Positions 21,667-31,743 of a stretch of 64,000 bases of DNA are shown piece after piece. Location: positions 288,001-352,000 of the forward strand of contig CAVUDW010000003.1 in assembly GCA_963740355.1 (NCBI GenBank), written 5' to 3'. The stretch comes from an uncultured Gemmatimonadaceae bacterium. GTDB taxonomy: Bacteria; Gemmatimonadota; Gemmatimonadetes; Gemmatimonadales; Gemmatimonadaceae. How positions within the stretch are numbered: the first letter of the stretch is position 1; every line of letters begins with the position of its first letter. Under the pieces are notes generated by a model. That model worked only from the letters and a program-made list of their open reading frames with translations, did not search any database and was not told the DNA's origin. Both the position numbers and the translations under genes were made by a program.

Positions 21667-21984
21667 ATGCAAATCCGACGTGCACGACTCCTTCGCGTCC
21701 TTGCGGCGGCGGGAGTCATTGCCCTCACCCCGGCACTGATTCAGGCACAGTCCGCGCAGCGCACAGTGGCCGATGCGCCTTCGTCGAGCCGTGAGACGCG
21801 GCTTCAGCACGACTCGCTCACGGTCCACTTCATTCGCACACCGAAGGGCAAGCCCGCCTCTATGTCGATCGCGGGCAAGCCGTCGTCGACGGAGCTGAAG
21901 TTCCGGGGCAAGGCCATACCGCAGGGCACCGCAGCACCCGTGGAGACCCCCCTGCCGACACGCGCCAAGGTCACCAAGCCGTAA
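21667..21984 (+). CDS. Small basic secreted hypothetical protein
   Basis: Signal-peptide-like N-terminus (IQA-Q cleavage), Lys/Pro-rich body, GC3-rich codons. Confidence 0.55.
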   Translation: MQIRRARLLRVLAAAGVIALTPALIQAQSAQRTVADAPSSSRETRLQHDSLTVHFIRTPKGKPASMSIAGKPSSTELKFRGKAIPQGTAAPVETPLPTRAKVTKP

Positions 21985-22021
21985 GCGCCGTCCGCATCGT
22001 TTCAGCGGACGCTGGTGCCGA

Positions 22022-23653
22022 TCAGCCGACGGCGGAAGTACCGCCGTCGCTCATCGGCACCGTGCTGTTGACGGGTGCCGGGGTCCCCAGCAGGCTGCCT
22101 TCAGGAACCGGGCTCCGGAACGCCGACGTGCCGATGCCGCGACAGACTTCCGCCCGATTCCACACGGCGATGCTCTGATTCGCATATCCAACATGGATTT
22201 CGTCACCACGCACGGCCAGTCGCGACACCTCGGCGATCACCACTGGCTCCGTCCACCGTCCGCTGATGACATCGAGCACTCGAAGCCTCGTGCACGGCTC
22301 GTCACTGCTCACGATGGCATCGAGCACGAGGAGCCAGCCCGGACCGATCCATTTCGCCAGACTCGCCTGATCACAGGCGTACTGTGACCTGATGACGCCT
22401 GTGTCGACATCCACGATGGCCAGACCGTCATCACCCAGCACTGCGGCAACGGGACGCTGTGCCCACGAATCAACATCCAGCTCCGCGACCAATTCGAAAG
22501 TCATGGATGAGGTGAGCTCGGTGGTCCACTGCCCGCTGACGCGCAACTGGCCGTCAGCATCAGGCGCAACCCGCGCGCCGATCAGCGTCGTGCCGACCAG
22601 TGCAACGACACGCTCGCCGATCGTGATCAAGCGTGAGAAGCGACCATTCACCTTCGCCAGCCGACGCCGCTCACCCACCACCTGGGCGCCATCGAGGCAC
22701 ACGATCTTGCCATCGTGCAAGCCGAGCAGGAACCCGCCAGCGCCCCACGACGCGACGGCCGTGACAGGATCGGTGTCGATCGCACGCCACTGTCCGTTGC
22801 CTGTCGCGACGAACCCCTGCAGCAGCAGCGAACGCGCGAAACAGGTGGTGCCGTCACGCGAGAGCCAGACGTCGGTGAACCGTGTGCAGTCCCACTCGCT
22901 GCGATGCCCGGGCATCGCGGCCATCGGCTCCAGTGCGGCCGCATCACGTCGCACCGCGTAGAGCACGTTGTCGCTTTCACAGAGCCCACCGTTCGGCTGC
23001 AGGCTGCAGAACACACCGCGCGGGCTCTCGAACGCAGACCATTCCGGTGACAGGTGTTCGCGCAGCGGAATCCGCGGCGTCGATCGCGAGATCGACAAGG
23101 CAGCGCGCCGCACCCACTCCTCGGTCGTGAGCAGTTCGTCGTTCAACTCATAGGCGTGGAGCGCCGCCACGTCCCACGAAAAGGCACTCACGAACTCACG
23201 CAGTGCATCGCGCGAGTTGGTGTCGGTGAGGTGCATTTCCGCCTCGAAACCAGGATCGCCATCGCCGAACCGGACCACGCGCAGGTCCTTGGTGAGGCTG
23301 CCAGCCGCCCAGTGCTGGAGGTCGGCGGCATCGATGGCGCCCACACGCGACGTGCTACCGTCACCCCGGTGCCAGTACACCTGCGCGCTCACCCGGTCGG
23401 GCCAGATTTCGACTACGAAGGGCGGACACGAGGGCGCGGCATCGGCATCGCCGAGGGTCAGGCCGGCAACGCGGTAGGCCATGGTGAGCCCACGATAGCC
23501 CACTGCGTCACGCATCGACGCGGCGCCGTCGTGCATCCACGAGAAGTCGACGCGGGTCCAGGTGTCGACTGCTGCGAGTTCACCGCCGAGCATCTGGAAG
23601 ATGCTCGCATCGCGATCGTGCAGGTCTCTGGAACGGCCGTCAGGAGTCAACAT
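22022..23653 (-). CDS. Hypothetical protein with possible C-terminal beta-propeller
   Basis: Long ORF; WD40-like blades (PVTAVASWGAGGFLLGLHDGKIVCLD; VSRLAVRGDEIHVGYANQSIAVWN); start uncertain. Confidence 0.6.
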   Translation of the reverse strand: MLTPDGRSRDLHDRDASIFQMLGGELAAVDTWTRVDFSWMHDGAASMRDAVGYRGLTMAYRVAGLTLGDADAAPSCPPFVVEIWPDRVSAQVYWHRGDGSTSRVGAIDAADLQHWAAGSLTKDLRVVRFGDGDPGFEAEMHLTDTNSRDALREFVSAFSWDVAALHAYELNDELLTTEEWVRRAALSISRSTPRIPLREHLSPEWSAFESPRGVFCSLQPNGGLCESDNVLYAVRRDAAALEPMAAMPGHRSEWDCTRFTDVWLSRDGTTCFARSLLLQGFVATGNGQWRAIDTDPVTAVASWGAGGFLLGLHDGKIVCLDGAQVVGERRRLAKVNGRFSRLITIGERVVALVGTTLIGARVAPDADGQLRVSGQWTTELTSSMTFELVAELDVDSWAQRPVAAVLGDDGLAIVDVDTGVIRSQYACDQASLAKWIGPGWLLVLDAIVSSDEPCTRLRVLDVISGRWTEPVVIAEVSRLAVRGDEIHVGYANQSIAVWNRAEVCRGIGTSAFRSPVPEGSLLGTPAPVNSTVPMSDGGTSAVG

Positions 23654-23975
23654 CTGCAACGCGGTGTCCGTGGGTCGTGCACTGTGAAGGCAACGAGCGT
23701 TCCGGTCAGACGAGCACGCCTGAGAGATACTCAACCGCACGTGAAGGTAAACCGGCCCAGCAACTGGTCGGTGCCATCCCTGAAGGGCGGGCTCGACTGC
23801 ACACCCTGAATACACGGCCGCGGAAGGTTAAAAGCAACTCACCGGTAGAAGTCGTCATCTGTTTGTCACCTTCGCGGTCTGACCGGCACGGCCGGATCAC
23901 GCGTCGGACGCCCCGGTGTCGCAGGTCCGGCCCCTTGTTCCTCTCCCCTCGACCGGATATCTCTTAAAGGCCTAG

Positions 23976-24027
23976 TTGACACACTCACGACACGGGTGCA
24001 GACTCTTCCCAGCAACTAAACGTTTGG
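23976..24027 (+). promoter_or_regulatory. Sigma70 promoter and putative BlaI operator
   Basis: TTGACA-N17-CAGACT (23976-24004), then imperfect palindrome CTAAACGTTTGG (24016-24027) next to the GGAG RBS of blaI. Confidence 0.55.
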
Positions 24028-24035
24028 GAGATGGG

Positions 24036-24416
24036 ATGCCGACTTTCACCGCCCGCGAGCTCGACATCATGACCGCCCTCTGGCAACGGGGGGCCGCCAC
24101 CGCGGCCGAGGTGCGCGACGCACTCGCCGACGACGGCATCGAATTGGCCTACAACACTGTGCTGACGATCCTGCGCATCCTGCAGGACAAGGGCTTCGTC
24201 GCCCATAACGTGGAGGGCCGCGCGCACCGCTTCCGGCCCTTGGTGGCGCGTGAGGCGGCGAGCAAGAGCGCGGTAAAGCGCCTGCTGGACGGTCTGTTCG
24301 ATCGGTCGCCGGAAGCCTTGATGACGCACCTCGTCCGCGATGAGGGACTCGATCGCGCCGCACTCGAGCGCCTGAAGGCGCTGGTGGAATCGGAACTGCG
24401 CCAGGACGACGAATGA
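24036..24416 (+). CDS. BlaI/MecI/CopY family transcriptional repressor
   Basis: FTARELDIMTALWQRG..., LAYNTVLTILRILQDKGFV, GRAHRFRP. Confidence 0.92.
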   Translation: MPTFTARELDIMTALWQRGAATAAEVRDALADDGIELAYNTVLTILRILQDKGFVAHNVEGRAHRFRPLVAREAASKSAVKRLLDGLFDRSPEALMTHLVRDEGLDRAALERLKALVESELRQDDE

Positions 24417-25966
24417 TCGCGGCCACCATGCTGTACCTGACGCTGTTCGGCGCACTGGTCGCTGGCGCCGCCTGGTCGGCCGAACGAGTGTGCATCCGGC
24501 TCGACATCGCCCGTCGCTGGACCTGGCTCGGGGCCATGACGCTCATGTGCGCGATGCCGTTGGTGCCCGCCGAGATCACATCGCGCCTGCAACCGTCCAT
24601 CGGCGTCGTGGACGTCCGCTCGGCAGCGTCGCCGACATCGCAACTCGACCGCGACCTCTCCAGCTTCGTTGCGCCAAGCACGTCGAGTGACCAACTCGGC
24701 CTGCTGCCGGTCGGGGTGGTGCATGCGGTCGCCAACCTGATTGCCAGCTCGGCTGGCCTCATGCGGCCGCTCGATCTGCCGCTGGCGATCGCGTGGGCAC
24801 TCGCGAGCGTCACATTGCTCGGTCTCGCATTCACGAGCGCACTCCGCATAGCACGCATTCGCGCATCGTGGCGCATTTGGAATCGCGAGACCTTTCTCGC
24901 GCCAGCAACCTGGCTCTCCGAAGACGTGGGGCCGGCAGCCTTCGGCGCTACGCGAGGTGAAATAGTCGTCCCTCGCTGGGCGATGGCACTGCCGACGCTC
25001 GATCGCCGCCTGCTGCTGATGCACGAGCGTTCGCACGTGGAGGCACGCGATCCGATGCTCCTGTCGCTCGGCATGCTGCTCGTCATCATCATGCCGTGGA
25101 ATGCCCCGCTCCGCTGGGCGCATCGTCGGCTGCAGCGTGCCATCGAGCATGATTGCGACCGACGTGTGCTGTGCAGTCCAACAATGGCCAGACGGTACGC
25201 CGATCTGCTACTGCATGTGGCCGAGCGCGGGATCGCGATGCCGACGTGGCCACAGCGCGCGATGTGCGCGGGGAATCTTGGAGGGTCCGCCACATCGCTG
25301 ATGAGCGGCGAGCCGGATCTCGAGTCGCGTCTTCGAGCGCTGATCCGACCGGCGGTCTCCTGGCGAACGAATGTCCGCGCGATTGGCGCGGCGGGCGTGG
25401 CGCTCCTGCTGACGCTGATGGCCTGCACCGTGCCGATGCCGCGCCGGGCGGCACTGGCGCAACCCTCGCAGACGCCGCGGAATCTGGCGCTCGGCCGCGC
25501 GACGCGTGATCCCGACTGGGTGATGCGAACGAAGGACCCTACCGCGAGGGAACCTGCCCGCAATCTGGGTGACTCGCTGTATACGGCACGCGCCGATTCC
25601 CTCGTCATCGATGCCATCGAGCGCTCGCGTCCGACGCTGCTCAACCTCGCGACAACGGAGACGCCGTATGTCGCCATTGCGCTGACGCCATCGAATGAGG
25701 TGATCTCGCATTCGATCCGGGCCGGAGCACCCATCCGCCGCGACACCTCGGCGGAATCGGCAATGGTCGCACGGCTCGAACGCGCGGCAGCGCAAGCCGG
25801 CCTGGGGAGCAGCGCCTACAGCGATGCCGACTTCCGGGGTCGCATGCAATTGCTCGCGAACAGTCCCTTCTCCTATCTCGATTCCCTCGGCATCAGCCAC
25901 CTGCAAGTCGGCGACCACCCGCTGACCGTGCTCTGGGTGCGCTTCCGCGACCGGACCGGAGTGTAA
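24413..25966 (+). CDS. M56 (BlaR1-like) membrane metallopeptidase
   Basis: ATGA overlap with blaI; TM helices; GPAAFG, HERSH zinc motif, PWNAPL, EHDCDRRV, LESRL. Confidence 0.88.
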   Translation: MIAATMLYLTLFGALVAGAAWSAERVCIRLDIARRWTWLGAMTLMCAMPLVPAEITSRLQPSIGVVDVRSAASPTSQLDRDLSSFVAPSTSSDQLGLLPVGVVHAVANLIASSAGLMRPLDLPLAIAWALASVTLLGLAFTSALRIARIRASWRIWNRETFLAPATWLSEDVGPAAFGATRGEIVVPRWAMALPTLDRRLLLMHERSHVEARDPMLLSLGMLLVIIMPWNAPLRWAHRRLQRAIEHDCDRRVLCSPTMARRYADLLLHVAERGIAMPTWPQRAMCAGNLGGSATSLMSGEPDLESRLRALIRPAVSWRTNVRAIGAAGVALLLTLMACTVPMPRRAALAQPSQTPRNLALGRATRDPDWVMRTKDPTAREPARNLGDSLYTARADSLVIDAIERSRPTLLNLATTETPYVAIALTPSNEVISHSIRAGAPIRRDTSAESAMVARLERAAAQAGLGSSAYSDADFRGRMQLLANSPFSYLDSLGISHLQVGDHPLTVLWVRFRDRTGV

Positions 25967-25968
25967 GC

Positions 25969-28900
25969 ATGCGCAAGCTGTACGCCGTGATCGTATTGTG
26001 GCTGGTGCCTTTGGTAGCACTTTGCTCTCAATCACGTCCGGATACCCTGCAAGGCCGGCTGACCACCGATTCCGCGGTGGCCCTCTCCGATGCCGAGGTG
26101 ATCGTGACGCGCGGACCCGACCGCACGGTGTTTCGCACACGCACTGATGCTGCGGGCCGGTGGCGCGTCGTCGCCGATCCGGGCACCGGTGACTACCTCG
26201 TCTTCGCCAGCGCGGTGGGCCGGGTATCCCAGCGCAAACGGGTGACGCGCACCGCGACCGAGACCAGCTTCACAGTGGACCTCTCGCTGGCGTCGAGCAC
26301 GGTGCAGCAGCTCGCACGGGTGGAAGTGCGTGCGACGAAACGCGAGGCACCGGATCGACAATACGCGGGCGAGCCGGCACGAGGCAGCGCTGAATCGGAA
26401 TGGGACGGCGTGTACGCCGCCGTGTCGCCTTCACTCACAGGCAGCGCATCAGCTCTTGCCGCGACCATCGTGGGGCTGCAGACGGGCCCCGGTGGTATTT
26501 CAGCTCTCGGCCTGCCGGGCTCGCAGACGCAGTTCACGATCAACGGCATGGCTGGCGGCGCGGAACTGCCGCGCGGCATGGTGGGACAGGTGCGGGCCAG
26601 CACGACGGCCTGGGATGTTGCGCGCGGCGGCTTCAGCGGCGCACAGATCGATGCCAATATCAGTACGGGCTACCCATACAAGTACCGCACCGCCAGCATC
26701 GTGGTCGACAATCCCCTGCTCCAGTCCACCGATGCGGTAGGTCGGGCACTGGGACAAAGATCGAGCCTCATCGATGCAAACCTGACGGCGATCGGACCGA
26801 TCGATCGTCAGGATCGCTTCGCGTACTCGGTGGGTGCGCGCGTCCGTCGGCGGGAGGCCGATCAGCCGTCTCTTGCAAGCGCGAGCAGCGTTGCCCTCGA
26901 GGCAGCTGGTGTCGGGCGTGATACCGTGGCACGCCTGCTGTCGGAACTGACACGTCGTGGTATCCCGATCGGTGGCGCTAACGGCACGCAGCGCACGGAC
27001 ATCCAGTTGGCGGCCCGCATCGATCGACTGGGGTATGATCAGGAGGCGAACACGCCGATACCGCGGACCTATGGCGTGGTGGGGATTCTCAACGCCGGTA
27101 TCGATCGCGGCACTGGGATTGGTCCGACGGTGACCCCCGCCACCAGTGGCAGCGGCCACGACGTCCTGGGCACGGTGCAGCTGGTGCACAACCTTCGTAC
27201 GGCGCGTTGGCTGCATGACACGAAGACTTCGCTCTCGATACGTGACGCAGTCGCAACGCCGGCACTTCTTCTGCCATCGGGCGGTGTGCGCACGGTTGGC
27301 AGCAACGCCGAGACGGGCGGCGTGGCGTCACTCGGCTTCGGAGGGGGCGGCGCGCTGGCACGGGATCAGACGCGGCTGACATGGGAAACGACCCAGGAGT
27401 CGCAGACCTACGTGACGGCTGGCACACGACATCGCGTGAAGCTGTTTGCTCAGGCGCGCCTGGAATCGGCCGCAGAGCGATCGAATCCCAATGCACTCGG
27501 CGCATTCAGCTACAACTCCCTCGACGATCTCGCAGGCGGCCGACCGTCGAGTTACTCCCGCACGTTGGCGCTGCCCACACGTCGCGGGACCGCATTCAAC
27601 ACGGCACTCGGCGTGGGGAGCATCTATCGCACGTCGGCAAACTTTGCGCTGCAGTACGGTGCCCGAGCCGAGGGCAATGCGTTTCTCACCCGTCCTGATG
27701 CGAACGCGGTGCTGCTGCAGTCATTGGGTGTGCGCACGAACGTCACACCCGCGGCCTGGGGCATCAGCCCGCGCCTGGGGTTCCGGTGGGTGTACCGGAA
27801 GCGGCCGCGAAACGAAGTGATCTACTATTCGGCGTTGGGCAGGTTCAATCGCGAAGTAATCGGTGTACTGCGCGGCGGCATCGGCGAGTTCCGCAGCTTC
27901 TATACGCCCGATCAGGTCTCAGGCGCCGTCGCGGCGACCGGCCTTGCCGCGAGTACCCTGCGGCTGTTGTGCGTTGGCGCCGCAATTCCGGTGGATGACT
28001 GGGAATCCTTTGGTTCGACGGCGGCGTCCATTCCCAGTGCATGCGCGAATGGCGCACCTGCGCTGGCGGATCGAACGCCCTCGGTTCGCGTCCTCGATCC
28101 AGCGTGGCGCGCTCCGAGGAGCTGGCGCTCGAACCTGAACTGGTCCACTCGCGCACTAGGCAGTGACCTGTCGTTCGAAGGAATTGCGAGCCTCAATCTC
28201 GATCAGGCAGGCAGCATCGATGCCAACTTTGCCGGCGCGCCACGTTTCGCGCTGGCGAGTGAAGGCGGTCGCCCAGTCTTCGTGAACGCGTCGAGCATCG
28301 TGGCCGAGAACGGTGCTGTGTCGCCTGCCGATGCCCGTCGCGATCCGGCGTTCGGGAGTGTGCTGGTGAGCCAATCAGTGGCCCGCTCGGTGAGCACCCA
28401 GTTTCGCGTGACGGTTTCCCCGACCATGCCGCAGGGCACGAGCTTGCGCGTCGCCTATGTGGCGAGCCGAATTCGCGCTCGGGAGAATGGCTTCGATCGC
28501 AATACCGCGGGCGATCCGCGGCTGAGGGAGTGGACCGCAGGTGAGCTCGATTCCCGCCACCAGCTTCAGGTCCAGGGCTCCGTACAGGTGAAGCGCGTCG
28601 GCATGAGTGTCTTCTTCAACGCCGTCTCGGGCACGCCCTTCACGCCTGTCGTGTCGGGCGACGTGAATGGCGACGGGTTCAGCTTCAATGATCGGGCCTT
28701 CGTCACGCGTGGAGGCCTCGGTGCGACGCCGCAGTTTCAATCAGCGATGGCGACACTGCTGTCATCGTCCTCGAACGACGTGCGCCGCTGCCTGACGGTG
28801 GCGCTGGAGCAGATCGCGGCGCGCAATTCCTGCCGCAACCCATGGTCCGCGACCATGAATGCGCAACTGAGCAGCGACGGACGCATCCTGCACCTGCGCC

Positions 28901-29607
28901 GTCGCGCAACGGTGACGCTCTCATTGATCAACGTCCTGGCGGGTATCGATCGCGCCGTGAATGGCAACCAGCTTCGCGGCTGGGGGTCGCGTGGATATGC
29001 CGACCCGGTGTTGTACGCCGTGCGAGGCTGGGACGCCAGCGCTCGCCGCTTCATCTACGACGTCAATCCACGGTTCGGTAACACGAGCCCACGTTTCAGC
29101 ACGCTTCGGATGCCGTTCGCGGTGACACTCGACGTGAACACACCATTCGGTCCGACGTTCGGCCGCCAGCAGCTGAATCGTGCGCTGCGCAATGGTCGCA
29201 ACGGCTTTCCCGGAAAGCGCCTTGACTCCGCCGGCGTGGCGGCGCGGTATGCGAGGGAGAGCCAGGACATCTACGAAGGAATTCTGGAACAGCGCGACTC
29301 GCTCTTCATCACCGCCGAGCAACTCACGCAGCTCGAAGCAGCACGCAGGAGCCTTGTCGCACGGAGCGACTCGGTCTGGGGCGCTCTCGCAGGCTACCTG
29401 CTCAGCCTTGGTGACGATTATCAAACGAAGGAAGCCGTGCGGCGACAGACGCTGGCGTCGATCGCCGTCTGGGAACTGAGTCGCCTCGACGCCCACGCCC
29501 TCGACCGCATCCTCACTCCCGGCCAGATCAAGTTGCTCCCGTTCCTGCCGACCTATCTCCGCCAGCAAAAGAAGCCGATCAACGCCAAGGACGTTTTCAT
29601 CGACTGA
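25969..29607 (+). CDS. TonB-dependent-receptor-like outer-membrane protein with N-terminal carboxypeptidase-regulatory-like domain and C-terminal helical extension
   Basis: Signal peptide; RTRTDAAGRW...GDYLV; plug-like NGM..., GGFSGAQI; barrel SPRLGFRW, SGTPFTP.V.GDVNGDG..ND. Confidence 0.75.
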   Translation: MRKLYAVIVLWLVPLVALCSQSRPDTLQGRLTTDSAVALSDAEVIVTRGPDRTVFRTRTDAAGRWRVVADPGTGDYLVFASAVGRVSQRKRVTRTATETSFTVDLSLASSTVQQLARVEVRATKREAPDRQYAGEPARGSAESEWDGVYAAVSPSLTGSASALAATIVGLQTGPGGISALGLPGSQTQFTINGMAGGAELPRGMVGQVRASTTAWDVARGGFSGAQIDANISTGYPYKYRTASIVVDNPLLQSTDAVGRALGQRSSLIDANLTAIGPIDRQDRFAYSVGARVRRREADQPSLASASSVALEAAGVGRDTVARLLSELTRRGIPIGGANGTQRTDIQLAARIDRLGYDQEANTPIPRTYGVVGILNAGIDRGTGIGPTVTPATSGSGHDVLGTVQLVHNLRTARWLHDTKTSLSIRDAVATPALLLPSGGVRTVGSNAETGGVASLGFGGGGALARDQTRLTWETTQESQTYVTAGTRHRVKLFAQARLESAAERSNPNALGAFSYNSLDDLAGGRPSSYSRTLALPTRRGTAFNTALGVGSIYRTSANFALQYGARAEGNAFLTRPDANAVLLQSLGVRTNVTPAAWGISPRLGFRWVYRKRPRNEVIYYSALGRFNREVIGVLRGGIGEFRSFYTPDQVSGAVAATGLAASTLRLLCVGAAIPVDDWESFGSTAASIPSACANGAPALADRTPSVRVLDPAWRAPRSWRSNLNWSTRALGSDLSFEGIASLNLDQAGSIDANFAGAPRFALASEGGRPVFVNASSIVAENGAVSPADARRDPAFGSVLVSQSVARSVSTQFRVTVSPTMPQGTSLRVAYVASRIRARENGFDRNTAGDPRLREWTAGELDSRHQLQVQGSVQVKRVGMSVFFNAVSGTPFTPVVSGDVNGDGFSFNDRAFVTRGGLGATPQFQSAMATLLSSSSNDVRRCLTVALEQIAARNSCRNPWSATMNAQLSSDGRILHLRRRATVTLSLINVLAGIDRAVNGNQLRGWGSRGYADPVLYAVRGWDASARRFIYDVNPRFGNTSPRFSTLRMPFAVTLDVNTPFGPTFGRQQLNRALRNGRNGFPGKRLDSAGVAARYARESQDIYEGILEQRDSLFITAEQLTQLEAARRSLVARSDSVWGALAGYLLSLGDDYQTKEAVRRQTLASIAVWELSRLDAHALDRILTPGQIKLLPFLPTYLRQQKKPINAKDVFID

Positions 29608-29642
29608 GACGTGCGAAAGCGCTGAAGCGGGATGGAGCCATC

Positions 29643-29697
29643 CTTCCTCATGCTGTTCCCCGCGACTCCGCGTCCCCCGCGGCTCCGCGTGAGGAAG
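29643..29697. repeat. Short intergenic REP-like element
   Basis: Direct repeat ccccgcgactccgcgt / ccccgcggctccgcgt (15/16 identical, period 17) enclosed by inverted repeat cttcctcatgc...gcgtgaggaag, between convergent genes. Confidence 0.5.
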
Positions 29698-29772
29698 TGT
29701 GGACAATGCTCGCCGGAACGGCGCGCGAGGCCGTCAGCCACCGACGTGTCTCACGTTCGCGCGGTTCGCGAC

Positions 29773-31665
29773 CTAGCGGTATCCCGCCGCCTGCAACTCG
29801 AACAGCTCGGCGTACCGACCGCGCTGTGCCAGCAACTCGGCATGCGTTCCGGCGGCCTCCACGCGACCGTCGGCCAGGACGAGGATGCGGTCGGCCATGC
29901 GCACACTGGAGAAGCGGTGCGAGATCAGCACTCCCGTCTTCCCTTCGCTCAGTTCCTTGAATCGCTCGAACACCTCGAATTCGGCGCGCGCATCGAGCGC
30001 CGCCGTCGGTTCGTCGAGGATCAGCAACTGGGCGTCGCGCATGTAGGCACGAGCGATCGCCACCTTCTGCCATTCACCGCCCGACAGGTCAACACCCTTC
30101 CTGAATCGGCGACCCACTTGCTGGTCGTAGTGTTTCGGCAGCTTCGCAATCACCTCGCTGGCCAGGCTCCGGTCGGCGGCGGCTTCGATACGCGCCTGAT
30201 CGTCACGGGCCTCGATGCGGCCGACGGCGATGTTCTCGCCTGCAGTCATGTTGTAGCGCACGAAGTCCTGGAAGATCACGCCGATGTTCGATCGCAGATC
30301 TTCGAGGTCGTATTCCCGCATGTCATGTCCGTCGACGAGGATCCGGCCCTCGTCAGGATCGTAGAGCCGCGCCAGCAGCTTCACGATGGTGGTCTTGCCG
30401 GCACCATTTTCGCCCACCAGTGCCAGCACCTCGCCCGCGCGCAGCGTGAAGCTCAGGTGCCGAACGGCCCAGCGCTCGGCACCCGGATACTGGAAGCCGA
30501 CATCCTCGAAGACGATCCCCTCGCGCAATGTCGTGGGAAACGGTCGTGGATTCGGCGGTGAGAGAATCTCCGGTTGCACGTCGAAAAAGGAGAACAGGTC
30601 GTCGAGATACAGTGCCTGGCTGGCCGTCTGCGTGAAACCGATCAGCAGTCCTTCCAGCAGGTTGCGGAGTCGGCGGAACGACCCTGCGAGGAACGTCAGG
30701 TCGCCGATCGAGAACTGTCCGGTGAGTGTGCGGAAGACGATCAGCGCGTAGGCCACGTAGTAGCCAAGTGTGCCAAGGGCGGTGAGCAGACCACCCCACC
30801 CCGCGCGGCGAATGGCGAGACCGCGATTGGCGACGTAGAAATCGCCAGCCAACTTGCGATAGCGATCGATCAGGAAGTCGTTCAGCCCGAAGATCTTCAC
30901 TTCCTTCGCCGTCTCGACGCTCGCACCCGTCTGGCGGATGTAGTCCAGTTCTCGTCGATCCGCGGTTCGCGAATAGGCCAGCGAATAACTGCGCTCGTTG
31001 AAGTAGGCTTCGCCAAGGAACGCAGGGATCAGCGCCACGAACAGCAGCACGATCAGCCATGGCGCATAGGCCACGAGGCCGATACCGAAGCTGAGGATCG
31101 TGACCAGATCCTGTGCCTGCCCGAAGAGCTGATTCATCAGCGTCATGCGACCCGAGGCCTGGCGGCGAGCGCGTTCGAGCTTGTCCTGCTGCTCGCTGTC
31201 CTCAAAATCCTCGAGGTCCAGCGTTGCCGCGTGCTCCATCAGCCGGATGCTGGTGATGTTGGAGAATTGCTCCGAGAGCAGCGAGTCGAAGAGTGCCACG
31301 AGTCGCCCCAGCACGTCGGAACTCACCGCCAGCGCGAACTCGGCACCCAGCAGCCAGAGCAAGCGCGCCGAGCCGACGTTGTGCAACCATCCGCTGACGG
31401 ATGTTGGGGCGCCGCCCGCGGCAGTGCGCGCCATCACCTCGTCGATGATCAGCTTGCCGACGTAGAGCGTGATGACCGGCAACACTGCTCGGACGAGTCG
31501 CAGCAAGACCGTCCAGACGGTGAGCGGCTTGCTGGTCGCCCAGATGAGGGCGAGGAACGGCGGGATGTTGCGAATCGCGCCGAGTCGGTCGCGGAGCGAG
31601 CGGGTCGGTGGCGTCGAACCGCGCGGGACGGGTTCAGAAACGACGATCGGGCGGCGTGGGGGCAT
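29773..31665 (-). CDS. ABC exporter, fused permease/ATP-binding protein
   Basis: N-terminal TM domain; Walker A GENGAGKT, LSGGEWQK, ILDEPT, SHR. Confidence 0.93.
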   Translation of the reverse strand: MPPRRPIVVSEPVPRGSTPPTRSLRDRLGAIRNIPPFLALIWATSKPLTVWTVLLRLVRAVLPVITLYVGKLIIDEVMARTAAGGAPTSVSGWLHNVGSARLLWLLGAEFALAVSSDVLGRLVALFDSLLSEQFSNITSIRLMEHAATLDLEDFEDSEQQDKLERARRQASGRMTLMNQLFGQAQDLVTILSFGIGLVAYAPWLIVLLFVALIPAFLGEAYFNERSYSLAYSRTADRRELDYIRQTGASVETAKEVKIFGLNDFLIDRYRKLAGDFYVANRGLAIRRAGWGGLLTALGTLGYYVAYALIVFRTLTGQFSIGDLTFLAGSFRRLRNLLEGLLIGFTQTASQALYLDDLFSFFDVQPEILSPPNPRPFPTTLREGIVFEDVGFQYPGAERWAVRHLSFTLRAGEVLALVGENGAGKTTIVKLLARLYDPDEGRILVDGHDMREYDLEDLRSNIGVIFQDFVRYNMTAGENIAVGRIEARDDQARIEAAADRSLASEVIAKLPKHYDQQVGRRFRKGVDLSGGEWQKVAIARAYMRDAQLLILDEPTAALDARAEFEVFERFKELSEGKTGVLISHRFSSVRMADRILVLADGRVEAAGTHAELLAQRGRYAELFELQAAGYR

Positions 31666-31743
31666 CGCGCAGCCTAGTGCGACTGGGCGCAGCTGGAAAC
31701 TGGCCGGATGTCCCGGACTGCCAGCCCAGCACGCGGGCGGGCC

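Noticed and set aside
23700..23880. CTCTCAGG and GAAGG on the minus strand suggesting a glycine riboswitch
   Set aside because: No GGAGA element, spacing and stems do not fit, and the downstream gene is unrelated.
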